A stretch of 64,000 nt of DNA, taken from assembly GCA_035084275.1 (NCBI GenBank), contig CM068749.1, positions 13,950,001 through 14,014,000 on the forward strand, in the 5' to 3' direction. The notes beneath the pieces were generated by a model. The model worked only from the letters and a program-made list of their open reading frames with translations, was not told the DNA's origin and ran no database searches. Within the stretch, counting starts at the first letter, position 1. Every line of letters begins with the position of its first letter. Shown one piece after another: positions 25,878 through 38,859 of the stretch. A program made the translations under genes and the position numbers. Source of the DNA: Hydrolagus colliei. Taxonomy: Eukaryota.

Positions 25878-26203
25878 TAATAATAATAATTATAATAATC
25901 CTTGCATTTGATATAGCGCTTTTCACGTCTTCTAGACGTCTCAAAGCGCATCACAGAATATACTGTAAAGTGAATTGACTGTATATTTGTGGGTGAAACG
26001 TGGCAGCCAACTGCGCACAGCAGTGTCCCACAAACAGTCGTCGATTGAAATGACCAACTTTATTATTGTGGTTTTTTTGGAGGGATTATTATTAGGCGTG
26101 TGGAGTAAGGAAACTTGCCTAAGGTTTCGCCCTGACCTGCCTGGATTTGAACACAGGCCTCTCACTTGTAAGGCAAGTGCTCTAACTGCTGAGCTACAGG
26201 ACA
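25878..26203 (-). mobile_element. Full-length, young tRNA-derived SINE
   Basis: Near-consensus copy retaining CpGs; (ATT)n tail, box A and box B. Confidence 0.97.
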
Positions 26204-26916
26204 ATTGGGGTTTAATAAGATCAAATCAACGTTGTTCTTGAAAGAAGACTGATCAGTGCAATATTTGTTTTCGCATTCACATTGCATCCATGCCAGTTTC
26301 ATTGGGAAATGCTAATCAGTCTCCGTATTAAAACTGATGCATTACCAGTAAAACCAATATATTCCAATGTATTTGCCTGGCTGGTTTAATTGGGAGAGGA
26401 CAATCTCTTCACTTCTGGTATTTGATTTCAAATAGAATGAAGCTATATCTGGTCATGTTATAGGTCTTAAAAAGAAGATGGCTTGGGTGGTGGGGATCAG
26501 GTGTAGTGTTGAGTAGATGAGTTGCCTTACTCTACACTTAGCTTTCCTGTCTGTATGTGCTGCTAGGACTCAGAAGGTGAACAATTGATGAAATGGCAAA
26601 TGTGGGTAATATTTTTCTGGGTAAAACTATGTGTTTATTTTGACAGTTAAGTCAATATTACTTACAGGTATTCTAATGATTGAATTGCAAATAATTCCTA
26701 AATCAGATTGTACATGATAGATATAAAAGATAACATCAACAGTCTGCTGCACTAGATGTGCTAAATTGAAAGTATGCAATGTGTCAGGAATGTGTAGGTC
26801 AGATCAAACACAATGGTTCCTTATGGGAGTAATGTTAACTCAGGTAGTCATGGAATAATTCAACAGCCAAAAGTATGTTCTCAGCCAAAAGGAATACCGG
26901 TGATATTAAAGAAAAG

Positions 26917-27320
26917 GATAATACTAACAATAATACTTGCATTTGATGTAGTACCTTTCACATCCAGAAAATATCTCAAAGCACTTAATAGGATTTACTG
27001 TAAAATGTAATGTTTTGAAGGTGAAGACTGTGTCAAATCTGCGCACAGCAATGTCGAACAAAGAATTATGAAGTGTATGACCAATTTTTTTTTAGTGGGG
27101 ATGGTAGCTGGCTGCAACACCAAGAGAAATTTCCTTCCCTTTGTGTATAGTACCATGGTATTTTCAATATCCAACTGAACATCCAAAGGATGGTATTTCT
27201 GGCAATACTATGCCCCGCCAGTATTATTTTTCAGTGTCAGCTTAGATGCTGAGTTCAAATCCCCATCATGAACTCAGAGCATCCTAACTAAGGGTGGCAA
27301 GAGTGCTACCAATTGAGCCT
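26917..27320 (-). mobile_element. Old Deu-SINE
   Basis: Tail, Deu core (tagtaccatggtattttc ... gtgtcagcttagat) and head (gagtgctaccaattgagcc). Confidence 0.7.
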
Positions 27321-28067
27321 GGCTGACACCTGATGTGATAAAATTGGGTGATAAGTTTCTCAGAGAGTTTACAAGTTGGGCAGAAAGGCGGAGAAAACAG
27401 ATACATCCATGTGGATAATTACTACATTTGTCCATTTCAGAACCACTATACACACACACTCGTTTCATCAAACCAAGAAATGTTCTGCCACAACTGAACC
27501 CTTGATCAGCTCTGTCATATGCCTCACAGTTTAGTGAAATGATTGACTTGACTTTAGGCTTTGGAAATCTTCTACATTCTAGGCATTCTAAATGAAACTA
27601 GATGCACCTTCACCTCCTGCAGAGAACATCTCTGGGACATTATTTTCCTGTTTCAACTATTCATTTAATTTCAATCTTAAATTAATAATAATGCATGCAC
27701 ATCTGCTTTGATATAATTTGAAGCATTAATTAATAGCAACTTGGTAAACCACTGCTCTGGGCATCTGGGATTCACAGATAATTCTTCAGAATGCATTTTA
27801 TGAATTTCCAAATTGAGTTTAAAATGATCAATATTTTACCTGACACATTGCCAGGCTGTACTCATTTTATGGTTGTTGCTTGGATGAACAGCAAAAGTTC
27901 AAAAGTAGGAATAAGATAAGTTTCAATAAAAAGTTCACCTGCATTTTAGAAATAATCATTTTCAACTTATAACTTGTCTTGACTTTTGCAATGTCACTAT
28001 TTTCTCTCATGTAGCATCAACATGTATGTATCTCTCACTTCCTCTCCCATTTCCTGAACGGTTATAG

Positions 28068-28338
28068 TATAAATAAGTAATCTTTACATTAGATTTAGTG
28101 CTTTTCACGTTGGCTGGCAGTCTCAAAGTGCTTCACAGTATATAGAGTAAAGTGGAATGAATGTGTTTTTTGGACAAGAAAGGCAGCCACTTTGTGTGTA
28201 GCATTGACATCTCATCCAAATGATAGCATCTCCTATAGTGCGGCCCACCCCCAGCACTCCACTGGAGTGTCAACATTGACCACATGAGTTCAAAACCCCA
28301 ATATAGGGCATGAACCTGCAAACTTCAGACTCAGAGTT
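28068..28338 (-). mobile_element. Old Deu-SINE with internal deletion
   Basis: tagtgcttttcacg..tctcaaagtgcttcacag; catctcatccaaatgatagcatctcc..cactggagtgtca; cttcagactcagag. Confidence 0.7.
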
Positions 28339-29952
28339 CTATAAACTATTTACATATTTGATCAATCTACTTAGGCAGTTACGTTGGGGGGCTGGGGGAG
28401 GGGGGAAGTGAGGGGCAAACCAGTTCTAGTTGTATTTAAAAAAAACATTGATCAAGTTAAGCACTCATACTTTCTATGAAAACTGTTACCAAATATTGTT
28501 TTACTCAGCAATTGCACAGAAACATCCTAACAGCTCATCTTCTTCATAACAGTGCCTTGGGAACTCCTCTTGATATGAAAGGCGCAATACAAATGTAATT
28601 TTGTATTTTTATATTGTATCTCTTATAACATCGCTAACAGCCAGGGAATTCGAATGTGTGTAAATCGTAGATAAACTATTACAGGAAAAAATATAATTTT
28701 ACCTGCAATTTCTATAATAGAAATGATTTTCACAATCCAAACCTTTCCTTGAAATGACAGCTGACAAGTGTAAGCAACTAATCAAAGTGCCATGGATGAG
28801 AAACTTTTCTCGGAAGTCTACATTTTATATGCAATGCAGCAATTTGAAAATAGAAATGTCAAAAATGTTTCCAGTGTCATGTATGGTAACTCTACAGCTA
28901 AGACAGTGATGTGCTTGGTATCAGTGGCTCTATATTGTATTCCTCACAGTGCTGTGAGCTGGACTTCAATTTTGAGAAAGTCTGGCTAGATTAAAAGCTT
29001 TCAATAGTTCAGTCATTGCAAGGTGTCAGGAAGCAGTCTTAGAAGACAAAAAGCATAGGGGAGTGCAGGTACTCTGTAGAGATTTCCCAAGAGAATGCAG
29101 ACACAATGACAGAAGCTAAACATGACTACCAGCAGGTAAAATCAGAAGACTGGCTCCATTATAGTGGATTGAACAGGATTTAATTCTCCTGTCATCTGCT
29201 ACGATGAATGCTTACAAGGGACCATGGACTAGCAGCTCATGAGATCAGAGGCCTTGGTGGGTGGGGGTGTTATGTAGTAATTAGCTAATGCAGCACAGTC
29301 ACCCTTGATAAATCCCTTACAATAAGTTTATGGAAACCCTGATTTAGTATTATCAAAACTATTATGTTTTAAATTTTGCTGTTTAAAACACCATCACTAT
29401 TTATTGTACTCTCAGGATCGCTATGTTTGTTCATTTTACTTCATGCTCGTCCAGTGCCAACAGGTGATCAATATCCAAAGGTGGTCCCCTCAATAAGAGT
29501 TCATCCAGGTTTTGTGCTGCTCACAATGTTCAGGAGCTGATATTTTCAGTGAAAAGAGAAGAAAAATGCCACTTAAGCTTGTTGAAAGCCATTCTGGAGG
29601 AACTGTTACAACATAACTATAAATTGCATTTATATAGCACCTTTCGTGTTAGGTGGTTGCTTTAAATTGCTGGACAATAAAAGGTTTCAGCATTGTAAAG
29701 AACATAGAAAGTGAGTATTTAAGAATAGCCAATGCAAGTTAGTGACATTGGTCATAGTCTCTCATAATTAGTGAGAGAAGTGAATGAAAGAAAAGGCTTT
29801 TGTGCCCAATTGTACAGATTTTGAAGCCTACATGGGTATATCATAATGGGGTGGCTTGGCAGGCCAGAAGGTCCATAATTCCCAGGAAGAACAACAATGT
29901 GAATGTACAATGTGCTCTTCAGGCAGGATAGCATCTCAGAGAATTGGATAAT

Positions 29953-30475
29953 ACAACAGCAACAAAATTATATTTGTATGGCGCCTTTCATGGTAAGAGG
30001 ATGTCCCAAGTCATTGATAATCAGTGTTTTGGACCCGAGCTGGAGTTGGGATAGGGAAGTGTGGACGGAAAGAAGGGGAATGAGGGGTGACTGATGGGAC
30101 TGTCAAAGAGGAGGTCTTGCGGCGGGACTTGAAGGAGGCGATGGGGGAGAGATTGCAGGATGGAATTCCAGAGGTTGGGGGTAGAGTGGCTGAAGGCTCG
30201 CCCACTGATGGTGGGGTAGGTCGGGGGACATGGAGCAGGCAGGAGCCCAATAAGCAGAGGGAGCAGAGGTTATGGAAGGCTTTAAAGGTGAGGACCAGGA
30301 TCTTGAATTGAATCCTCTGGATGAAGAGGAGCCAATGGAGTCAGGCGAGAATGGGGAAGATAGGATCACGGAGCTTGGTGCGGGAGAGAACATGGGCTGG
30401 ATAGCACTGGATTATCTGCAGCCTATGGAATTAGTAGTTGACAAGCAGGGCGTTGGCGTAATCAAGTCTGGTGTA
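29953..30475 (-). mobile_element. 5'-truncated L2 LINE
   Basis: (CAA)n tail reversed; minus ORF contains IASFKSRRKT (L2 C-terminal FKS.LKT motif); purine-rich plus strand typical of antisense L2. Confidence 0.85.
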
Positions 30476-31505
30476 ATCTACTTCCACAGATTCTGAGTTC
30501 ATCTCAACAGAGAGTGAGCTCCTTAGGATGCGTGGAGGAGCAATGTGTGAGGAAGCTGAGGTTCACAAAGCAGGTGATGTACCAGTTGGACTAGGATAAC
30601 CTCAGTAATAGGCAACCAGGTCTAGATCACAGTAACCATTGTGATGTGATGGGGCACAGGGGTGGAGGAGGAACTAACCAAATAAAAGCAATAGAAAACA
30701 CAGCTTCCATAAATAAATAGTTGAACCACAACAACAACAAAGGTTCCAACAACAAAGTTCAATCTAGTTTTAATGGTATCTTGTCCCAAAATGCAAACAT
30801 GTCTGTCCTATGTTGAATCTTTGACAATTTTTATTCTATCTTAAGTGCAATATTTGAGAAATAAATTAAGTCTGATCAATGTAGAAATGATTTGTATTCC
30901 TTGTTCACTAGCACGATCCAAGACAGTGCACTGAACATATCAGCCTGTCGTGGAAGTTGACTCTCGTCCTAATGCAGTGTATTATTTTATTTCATTTAAG
31001 GTTGCATTGGGCATTCTTTGTACCTCAACACCATCCGGTGACATATGTGTAATTTAAGAATCTCTTCTGCATCTAGGGCTTTGTTTTTTTTTGCCCCTCA
31101 CTGACACGTAAGAAATCAGAATTAATTATTGGATTTTGTCCCGATTTACAGGGCACGACAGAGCACTGAGCTCCCCGAAGAAATAAATCTGTGTAATGTC
31201 CATTAAAACACATTTGTAAAATATAAAGGGGTAGTTAAGTTACACAACTTGTCAGCAAAATTTATAAACCAAAGCATTGTCTTTCAACAATCCAATACAG
31301 TGGTATAATAACTAATCCTCTGTAATAGTTCTGCTAAATCCTTGGTAAGTAACATTTCTGAAAGACTTACTGCAGGTTAAATGTTGGCTGTCTGTGGTTA
31401 GTAAATGCAATGGTAATACATATAAAGCACCACTGGATTGCTGCACAATACTTTTTCTAGGAGGAATGTTTTTGCATTGTGATTCTTGCAATTTTGATCT
31501 TATGG

Positions 31506-31533
31506 AATATATATAGATATATATATATATATA
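31506..31533. repeat. (TA)n microsatellite
   Basis: atatatatagatatatatatatatatat. Confidence 0.9.
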
Positions 31534-31786
31534 TTAATGTTGGATTTTGCACGGATGTACAAACTACCTTCATCTTTCTCCTGAACGGTTCAGTTACTGA
31601 TAGTCGTTTTGATCAGTGAACTGAGTTAGAAGATGTATGTTTCTCATGCGCTATCATTCATTGGCAATCATTCTAGGATGTAGTGCAGTTGGATACAAAA
31701 AAAAACTATGGCCAAAAACCTAGGCAAATGCAAACATTTGCACTTGTGATCATGGAATATATAATTTTAAAAAAGTATATACTGTA

Positions 31787-31979
31787 CAGTAAAAGACCGT
31801 TTATCCTGCACCTGATCAACCGCAGCTTCCGTTTAATCGGAATCGCGCAAAAAAGTTCGCATTCGATTAAGCGGGATTTATCTGGAAAAATGCATAGAAT
31901 TTTTTTGCGTTTTGGGCCGAATATCCAGCACGCGCTTTAACCGACATTGGCCAGGTCCCGAGGGTGCCAGATAAACAGG
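31787..31979 (+). mobile_element. Tc1/mariner MITE, family A copy 3 (right TIR tip missing)
   Basis: TA|cagtaaaagaccgtttatcc ... agggtgccagataaacagg; interior matches 4926-5150. Confidence 0.85.
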
Positions 31980-32212
31980 TAACTATTTTCATTTGTAGAA
32001 CGACGAGGTTATCAGACTGTATCAAACTGTTTGATTATCAGGATTATCTTGATGCTACTGCATTATACAGCACATTTGCCATGTGCATTCCTGTCCAAGG
32101 CACTGCTCAATTGCAAGAAGCATAAAAAAGAGAGATTAAAATTGTAAAATTGAAATTCTTTTGCAACACTGTGGAAACATCTAACGCTTTGTGTTCACAA
32201 CACAATTTATTT

Positions 32213-32246
32213 CTGACGAAGAGTCATGGACCTGAAACGTTGACTC
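32213..32246 (+). ncRNA. Minimal hammerhead ribozyme core (probably inactive relic)
   Basis: CTGACGA-A-GAGTC-atg-GACCT-GAAA-CG-TT: CUGANGA and GAAA boxes, imperfect stem II, palindromic AACGTT stem III; 5' arm of stem I absent. Confidence 0.55.
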
Positions 32247-32350
32247 ACTTTTCCTTTCTCCATAGTTGCTGCCTGATCTGCTGAGTGTTCCCAGCGATTT
32301 CTGTTTCTGTTTCAAAATTTGCAGCATCTGCAGTATTTTGCAATTTGATT
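32213..32350 (+). mobile_element. Penelope-like terminal remnant flanked by a 16-bp direct repeat
   Basis: Homologous to 6669-6861; acaatttatttctgac at 32202-32217 and 32351-32366. Confidence 0.8.
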
Positions 32351-33595
32351 ACAATTTATTTCTGACCTGTTGAGTGTACAAGCTTAGAATACCCAATACT
32401 TCCTAAACGCACACACATTGTTTTGATAAACATTAGCTATGACATTACATGTTGGCATAAAACAGCACTTGAGGGTGATGATTTAAGCTTGTACGAGTTT
32501 CCCACTCTCTTCTGTCCCCACTATTCTTGAGATGGTTTAATTAACGCCAAGGCCAGCACCAATAAAGCTGCATGTCTTTCTAAGAGAGGAAATCTTTTTC
32601 CTGAAAATCCATCCACCCCATAGATGAAGTTCTTGTGGGTGGAAACGTGTCAAAATAATGGTACCCGAACTGATGAACAGATAAGCCATGCATTATCATT
32701 TGATCTTAGTTAATGTGTCCGCCATTATCATCTTGAATATTACAATTGGCTGGAAATCCATAAACAGCTGTAAACATACAAGTTGTAATGTTAATTAAAC
32801 AGCACTTTTCTTGAAAGATGTCTATGATAGTGCGGCTATATCCTGTGTGTCTGAATATCATTTAAGGTTACTTCTGCGAACTTATGATCTAACACATGGA
32901 TGGATTTTCACTTCTATATTTGTCTGTGGTTATGCACATCACAATTATAAAATGATGGACTATGTGTATCGCGCTGGGAGTTCACCCTATCATGTAGCGT
33001 TGACAGCACACCTTAGAAGAACAATAAATATTTGTCTTGAAGTCTATTTTTGGGTGAACACGACACGAGTATCTTGGGATTCGTTTGGCTCACTTGCTTT
33101 GAAACGACGGAAGAGTTTTAAAAGTCAAGACCATTTCACGTTCAGCCTGCACTGCAGGGACATTCCAAGACTTTCCAATTATGTCTATTTGTAACGACGC
33201 ACTATTGAAAAGAAATAAGAGCTACATAACCTATGATTTATTCTTTTTTTGGTGCAAATGCATTCCCCCCCCCCCCCTCCCACCCCCTTCCCTGTTACCC
33301 TGTGCAATCCATCATTGGCATTCCCCCCCCCCACCACCCCCCCACCTCTCCTCTTGCTAGACAGCTAGCTGTCAGTGCTATTATGATTGCTGCATGCAGT
33401 GATTTTAGCTGCCAGCTCGACTGCACAGACTGGGATTGGGTTCAGTGTGGAGTGGAGCCCTTACCGTTACACACAGAGTGTGAGCTCTCAAACGCCACCC
33501 ACCCCTAAGTTGTAAGAGGGAGTTTTACGATGATGCTGTTTGTCACCAGCCCGGAGCATTTCAAGAGGACAGGGCAAAGGAAAGTGCTCACTTAC

Positions 33596-34270
33596 CGTTC
33601 GTTACTGTTTGTGGAGTTGGTGGTGGGGAGTTGGTGGTGGGGAGGGATTGATGTTTGGAAGCTTCTCTTCTTTCGCTGCGTGTTTCGTTTCTCTCACTCT
33701 CTCTGTGTGTGTGGTTTACGAGTCACTCTTTTGTTTTGTTAGGAAAAGATGCCAAGCTGTCCTCCTTCCCCCCCCCCCCCCCCACCCCCCAAAAAAAATG
33801 CTCTTCAAGGGATTCTTCTTCTTTCTTTCTTCTTCTCTCTTCTTCTTCTTTTTCTTCAGTCAACGTGAGAGTGGCGAAGAGAGCTGAGGTGTGGGGTGTG
33901 GATGGGAGGGGGGACGGACGGACAGCAGAAGCGTTTTCCCCCAGACCCTCCACAAACAAGACAGTCAAGCTGAAGGTCAGGCGCCTCTCTTGTTCGGTGC
34001 TGAAGCTCTCTCAACCCTTTTTCTTCGCTGAAGTTTGTATTCAGTGAGTCGCTGCGTGAGGAACCAGCTGCCACGCACAAAGTCACCGTCTGCCCAGTCC
34101 CTGGCTATGGCACCCTCTTCATTCTAAGTCTTCACTACGGCAACTTGATCCTCTGTGTGTGTGTGTTTTATATATTGATAAATCTTTTATTCTGCTCTCA
34201 TGAATTATTCAAACGATCCGCGGCAGGGCTGGGCTTGAGTCTGTGAGAGACGAAAGGAAGTTCACTTCTG
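33596..34270 (-). other. Probable non-coding first exon (5' UTR) of an unidentified gene
   Basis: Donor AACG|GTAAGT at 33596/33595 (alternative AACG|GTAAGG at 33465/33464); no minus-strand ATG between 34119 and 33596; upstream CCAAT and TATA-like motifs. Start is an estimate. Confidence 0.55.
34166..34174 (-). promoter_or_regulatory. TATA-like element
   Basis: TATATAAAA on the minus strand. Confidence 0.3.
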
Positions 34271-34377
34271 ATATGCTTTTTCTACTCCTCCTCCTGTTAG
34301 GAAGCCTTTTTCTCTCTCACCCTGTCTCTCTCTCTCTCTCTCTCTTGTCTCGCATATGCTTATGAGAATGGCCCGTG

Positions 34378-34387
34378 CTCATTGGTC
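34378..34387 (-). promoter_or_regulatory. CCAAT (NF-Y) box
   Basis: GACCAATGAG fits the extended NF-Y consensus RRCCAATSRG. Confidence 0.55.
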
Positions 34388-35254
34388 AGTGATAGGGAGA
34401 TGAGGACATGTAGATGTGTGTATGTGTGTGTCTCTACACCTTGGATTTACATGTTAGTTTAACAAGAGATTTGGCCCCAAATCTCGCCGAGAGCGAAGAA
34501 CGCCACAGGTACCCGAAGTGTTAATTTTCGTTCGCGTCTCACAGGAGTCAAATAACATCTATCCTGACTTGTGCTCGCTGCTGTTTCATCTGATAGGCTG
34601 CTAATCTCTGAGGCTGACGGTGGGGGTGGGTGGCGGGGGGAGAGAGAGAGAACCGAACCCACTAATGGCTGTGTAATTGCATTACAAGACAGAGACAGAG
34701 AGATAGGTACAAGCGATAAGGTATGAAACCCCACCCCCCCAGCCACAAAGTGTAAAGTGAGCGCTGACGGCGAGGACATTAACACGAGAGGGAAGGAGTT
34801 CCAGCTGAACGGAGCAACTTGAGAGGCGCGCACGAGAAGGGAAGAGCCTTTCACCAAGTGGAGGCTTTTCTGCTGACTTGACCTGTAATTAGCGCAGTGT
34901 TCACCACACACAAGATTGCGAGGGAGGGAGGGAGAGGGTTGGCGAAGTGCTGGGCGAGAATGGATGAGATGGGAATTAAAGTGCCCCATTGCCAGAACAT
35001 AAACTGGAATTTTTTTTTACACACACACACAGAGAGACACCAATGTCATGAATCTGCTTAGAAAGAAAGGTGATCTACCCAGTACATCTGATAATACGGT
35101 AGCGGCCTCCTCCTGTATGATTAATTCCTCATCGCACCGAACTCATAAATATCTATTCTCTCGAACAAAAAGGCGGGGAGAAAGCGATTAAGTGTCTGTA
35201 TCAATTGTACAGTAACAGCCATGATCAAACCATGGCCGTTTGTGGGACATTGTG

Positions 35255-35390
35255 GTGTACGGCAGTGGCTGAAGTTACTTGCCCACAAATAAAGTCCCCT
35301 GTACTTCACAGTAAATCCAGTGCAGTGTTTTGAGATGTCCCCCTGACATGCAAGAAACTACAGTATATCAACTGTAAGATTTATTATTGC
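35255..35390 (+). mobile_element. Diverged SINE 3' fragment
   Basis: gcccacaaat ... ttttgagatgtc ... tatatcaactgtaagatttattatt. Confidence 0.7.
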
Positions 35391-35819
35391 TGCACCAGAG
35401 AGATATTTCGTCTGTGGCGTGTGTCTTTTCAGACGTTCCAAAAATAGGAATAAGTTTTAAGCGAATGGAGGTTTTAACACTTTTCCCAAGTATTTCCCAC
35501 GCTCGCAGGTGACTTTCATGCGTAAATCGTGGCTTTCGTTATTTCTGTTCAGAAGGTCAAAAGGGGCCACCAAGCAGCCACGGTAAGGCTTCACATCAAA
35601 GCTGACGGGCAGGGCTGGGGCTGCATGTCACAGCGGGAGCGGTAAATGGGAACATTTTAAATCTGAAGGTTCCTGAGGCGCATTCAAAAACCGGAGTGAA
35701 ATGAGAACCTGATTCTTATTCGTCGGAAGTTTTCAATATTGCCGGAGAGGCGAAAAGGCAGGGCAGACCGAGGAAGTGACGGGGAATTGAAAACAGGAGC
35801 AGTTTTCTTGGAAGACGCG

Positions 35820-35945
35820 TGTGCTGTTTCTGTCCCTATCTCCAAAATATACAGTCAATTCACTCGGCAATATATTCTGCGAAGCGCTTTGAGTCGTCTC
35901 AACGGTGTGATATGGTGCTATACCAAATGCAAGGATCATTATTTT
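35820..35945 (+). mobile_element. SINE 3' fragment with retained CpGs
   Basis: aatatacagtcaattcact ... gcgaagcgctttgagtcgtc ... caaatgcaaggatcattatt. Confidence 0.9.
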
Positions 35946-37936
35946 TACCTGAAAAAATCCCCTCCCCAAAATTGCCTACATTCAATTTTTTTTCCCACAG
36001 AAATTCCTCTGTTGAAAATTGTATGTGGCCTCCCTATGGTCCTTTCAGCTGTAGCGATAAGCCTTAAAGACGTGGTAGGGACAGGCTATAACAGCAGAGA
36101 AGATAGAGTTCAGCTTATGTATTACAGCAGGAAATGGAGCTGCTTCCAGGCGCACCATTAATAAGAAAAAATAAGGTTGCTTTATTCCTCAATGGTCAAC
36201 ACATTATGCGATATAGATTTACGTTACAGAAATCCTTAAAATGATTCTGGAGGAAACTTGGTAATTGGTTAGATTTAATAGATATTCAAATCTGGAATTA
36301 AGTAATTATTTTCCACTAATGCGGAGAGCAGCCTGTGTTTTTTTTCTCTAAAGGTTGCAATATTCTCGGCACGATAGGCTTGACATTGCAAACAAGCCTG
36401 GGTGTGTTCCAATATGGAGTACAGTACTCTACTTTTGATTCAGTCTAAAACAAAAAGAACAGGTTATGTTTCGTGAAAACAGTATCCACGATTAGAAAAC
36501 ATAATGGCTCAGTCACTCAATATTTTAAAGCTGAAGTTCATACAATTAAGTTGTACTCAAGTGGAGTGTAAAATACTTTACTTAAAATAACTAAACAATA
36601 AACATTATTTTTAAATGGTGTATTATTTCCAAAATCCTAACATGCACGCAAGTATTCACCTAATCTCACAGAAAGGTGGGCTAAGGAGAATGAAGCAAAT
36701 AAATACCGTGCTATTCTTAAAGTAATGCAATGCTTGCTTGCAAGGTGATGTGAAATGTGTGAAGGTTGTTGAAATGTAACCTGATATGAAGTGCTGCTAC
36801 TTCCATTAGTTTCATTAATTGTTCACATCACATGCATGTGTCCTGAAGTTTTAAATGAACCTTTTACTTTATTCCAACGCTATTCCACATTTTTCATCCC
36901 CATCAAATTGAAGAGCAGATGCCATTATCATGCATAATCTGTCAATTCATATTAGAAAGTAAATGTAAGAGAACCCCAGTAATTTACTTATCATAATTAA
37001 TTTAATGCTTGTCTAAATCGCTTGCCTTGCTTTTGATTGTTTTACATTAATAGTGTACGTGCCTGACATTGGGTAATGTGACCCCTTAGGTTCTTCACCA
37101 GCTGAATGAAACTCTAACATGACAGCATTCAGTCATCTTTGATATTTCTCTTTTCACTTTGTTCAGAGCTTCTGCATGCCCAGGTGAAACCACAGCTAGT
37201 CCTATCAGGGCCTATAATCATAGACTGGTGTTCAACATGAACTTCACATAATGGATAACTATAGTGATAAATGTTTTATAGAGCAGCTAGTACTTTGTGT
37301 TTAAAGATCAACAGACTCAGACAGTCAGGGAAGGTAGAGAAGCTTCAAAACATGAAGCTTACAATAATAAGGTTCCACTGTTGATAATGCCAGTGCCTTT
37401 GAGGTCGGTCTCTCTCTGTCTCTTTATAAACCCGTTGTTTATCACAGTATCTTCTGCCAGCAAAATCATAAAATGGATAATGTTTTGGCACAATACACAA
37501 ACACAAAGGTATATAAATAATTTGTGAACCTTGTTAACTACGGGATCACTTTGCATGCAGCAATGAAAACAAATGGGACTGTTGTCTGCTACACCAAACA
37601 CTAATAGGTTCCTTGCATGACTGCTTGTTTAGATTGAAGATGGATTGCTGGACGTGAGAGGGCAAAGAGAATGCTATTATGGATGGTTGTTTTAACAAAC
37701 ATAAAAAAAAGCAAAGTGCCATCGCTTTTCTTGCTTGTAGACATCTGCTATGTATGCCCATCATGATTGGATAATTGTGCCTCTGAAATATTTCTGATGT
37801 CCAAGTGTCAGTCTTGATTGAGGGTTTCCGTGATGAGTTAATTGGTGTCATCTCAGCCTAATACAACCCAGCTAAACAGTCAACTGAGCAAATGGTTACA
37901 AATGGCACACAATTACTGTATCTGGAGGATTTGTAC

Positions 37937-38000
37937 TCATTCATTAATACATTCATTCATTCATTCATTCATAGATTCATTCATACATTCATTCATTCGC
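37937..38000. repeat. (TTCA)n microsatellite
   Basis: cattcattcattcattc runs. Confidence 0.9.
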
Positions 38001-38171
38001 TCGCTCACTCAATCACTGACACATTTGTCTGCAAATACACTATCACTACACTTTATAGTAAACCCTATGAAACATTTTGATGAGTGTTTATTAATCATTG
38101 GCTTCCTTTACACGCCAGTGTGCTAACTATTTAAAAATATATCTGATGTGCTTGGATTCTGAAAATAGCTG

Positions 38172-38333
38172 TAGTTAACAAATAAGGTTTTAATATGCAT
38201 TTGTAAAGTTATTAATTCTAACCATGTTAATTATAAAACATGAATGTGTATTCCTGGATTATGCAATTTCTACCACAGAGCTTTTACAGTGTCTGATAAG
38301 TCACATCAGTTTAAATAAACTGTACCATGCTCA
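38172..38333 (+). repeat. ~160-bp segment duplicated at 61141-61308
   Basis: Shared ttaattctaaccatgttaattata and cacagagcttttacagtgtctgataagtcacatcagtttaaataaac. Confidence 0.92.
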
Positions 38334-38335
38334 TA

Positions 38336-38658
38336 TAATAATAAATAAGAATAATAATCCTTGCATTTAATATAGCACTTTTCACATCTTCTAGATGTCT
38401 CAAAGCATGTCACAGAATACAGTATATTGCAAAATGAATTGACTGTATATTTGTGGGCGAAATGTGGCAGCCAATTTCACACAGCAGTGTCCCACAAACA
38501 GTCGTGGATTGAGATGACCAATTATGTTTTTCCCCCGGGGATTATTATTAGGCGTGTGGAGTAAGGAAACTTGTCCAAGGTTTCGCCCTGCCTGGAATGA
38601 AACCCAGACCTCTCGCTTGCAAGGCGACTGCTTTCACCACTTAGCTACAGGACTCCAC
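38336..38658 (-). mobile_element. Full-length tRNA-derived SINE
   Basis: Head with TGC anticodon-like loop (gccttgcaagcgaga), body and tail. Confidence 0.95.
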
Positions 38659-38859
38659 AATCTCTATGTGAGATTTCACAATCTGTATCTACAATCACCT
38701 CCACTGCTGTCATTGTGACCATGAGACAATCTAAGTACAGTACTCAGATTTTGAGTCTTTGTCAAAGTCTCTACATTTACATACAACAAATCTTCAAGCA
38801 ATACAAAAGACGATATTACAGTAAACAACTAGCCGAATGGAGAATTTAATTCCTCACAA

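Larger units (their letters stand above)
33040..36150. promoter_or_regulatory. CpG-enriched promoter region
   Basis: Visible rise in GC and CpG against a CpG-poor background; poly-C, (TTC)n, (CT)n and (GT)n tracts; no transposons seen at ~32.4-35.2 kb. Confidence 0.75.

Noticed and set aside
33233-34989. Cluster of longer ORFs in the GC-rich region
   Set aside because: Low-complexity translations (poly-P, poly-F/S) caused by microsatellites and stop-codon scarcity; no recognisable domain.
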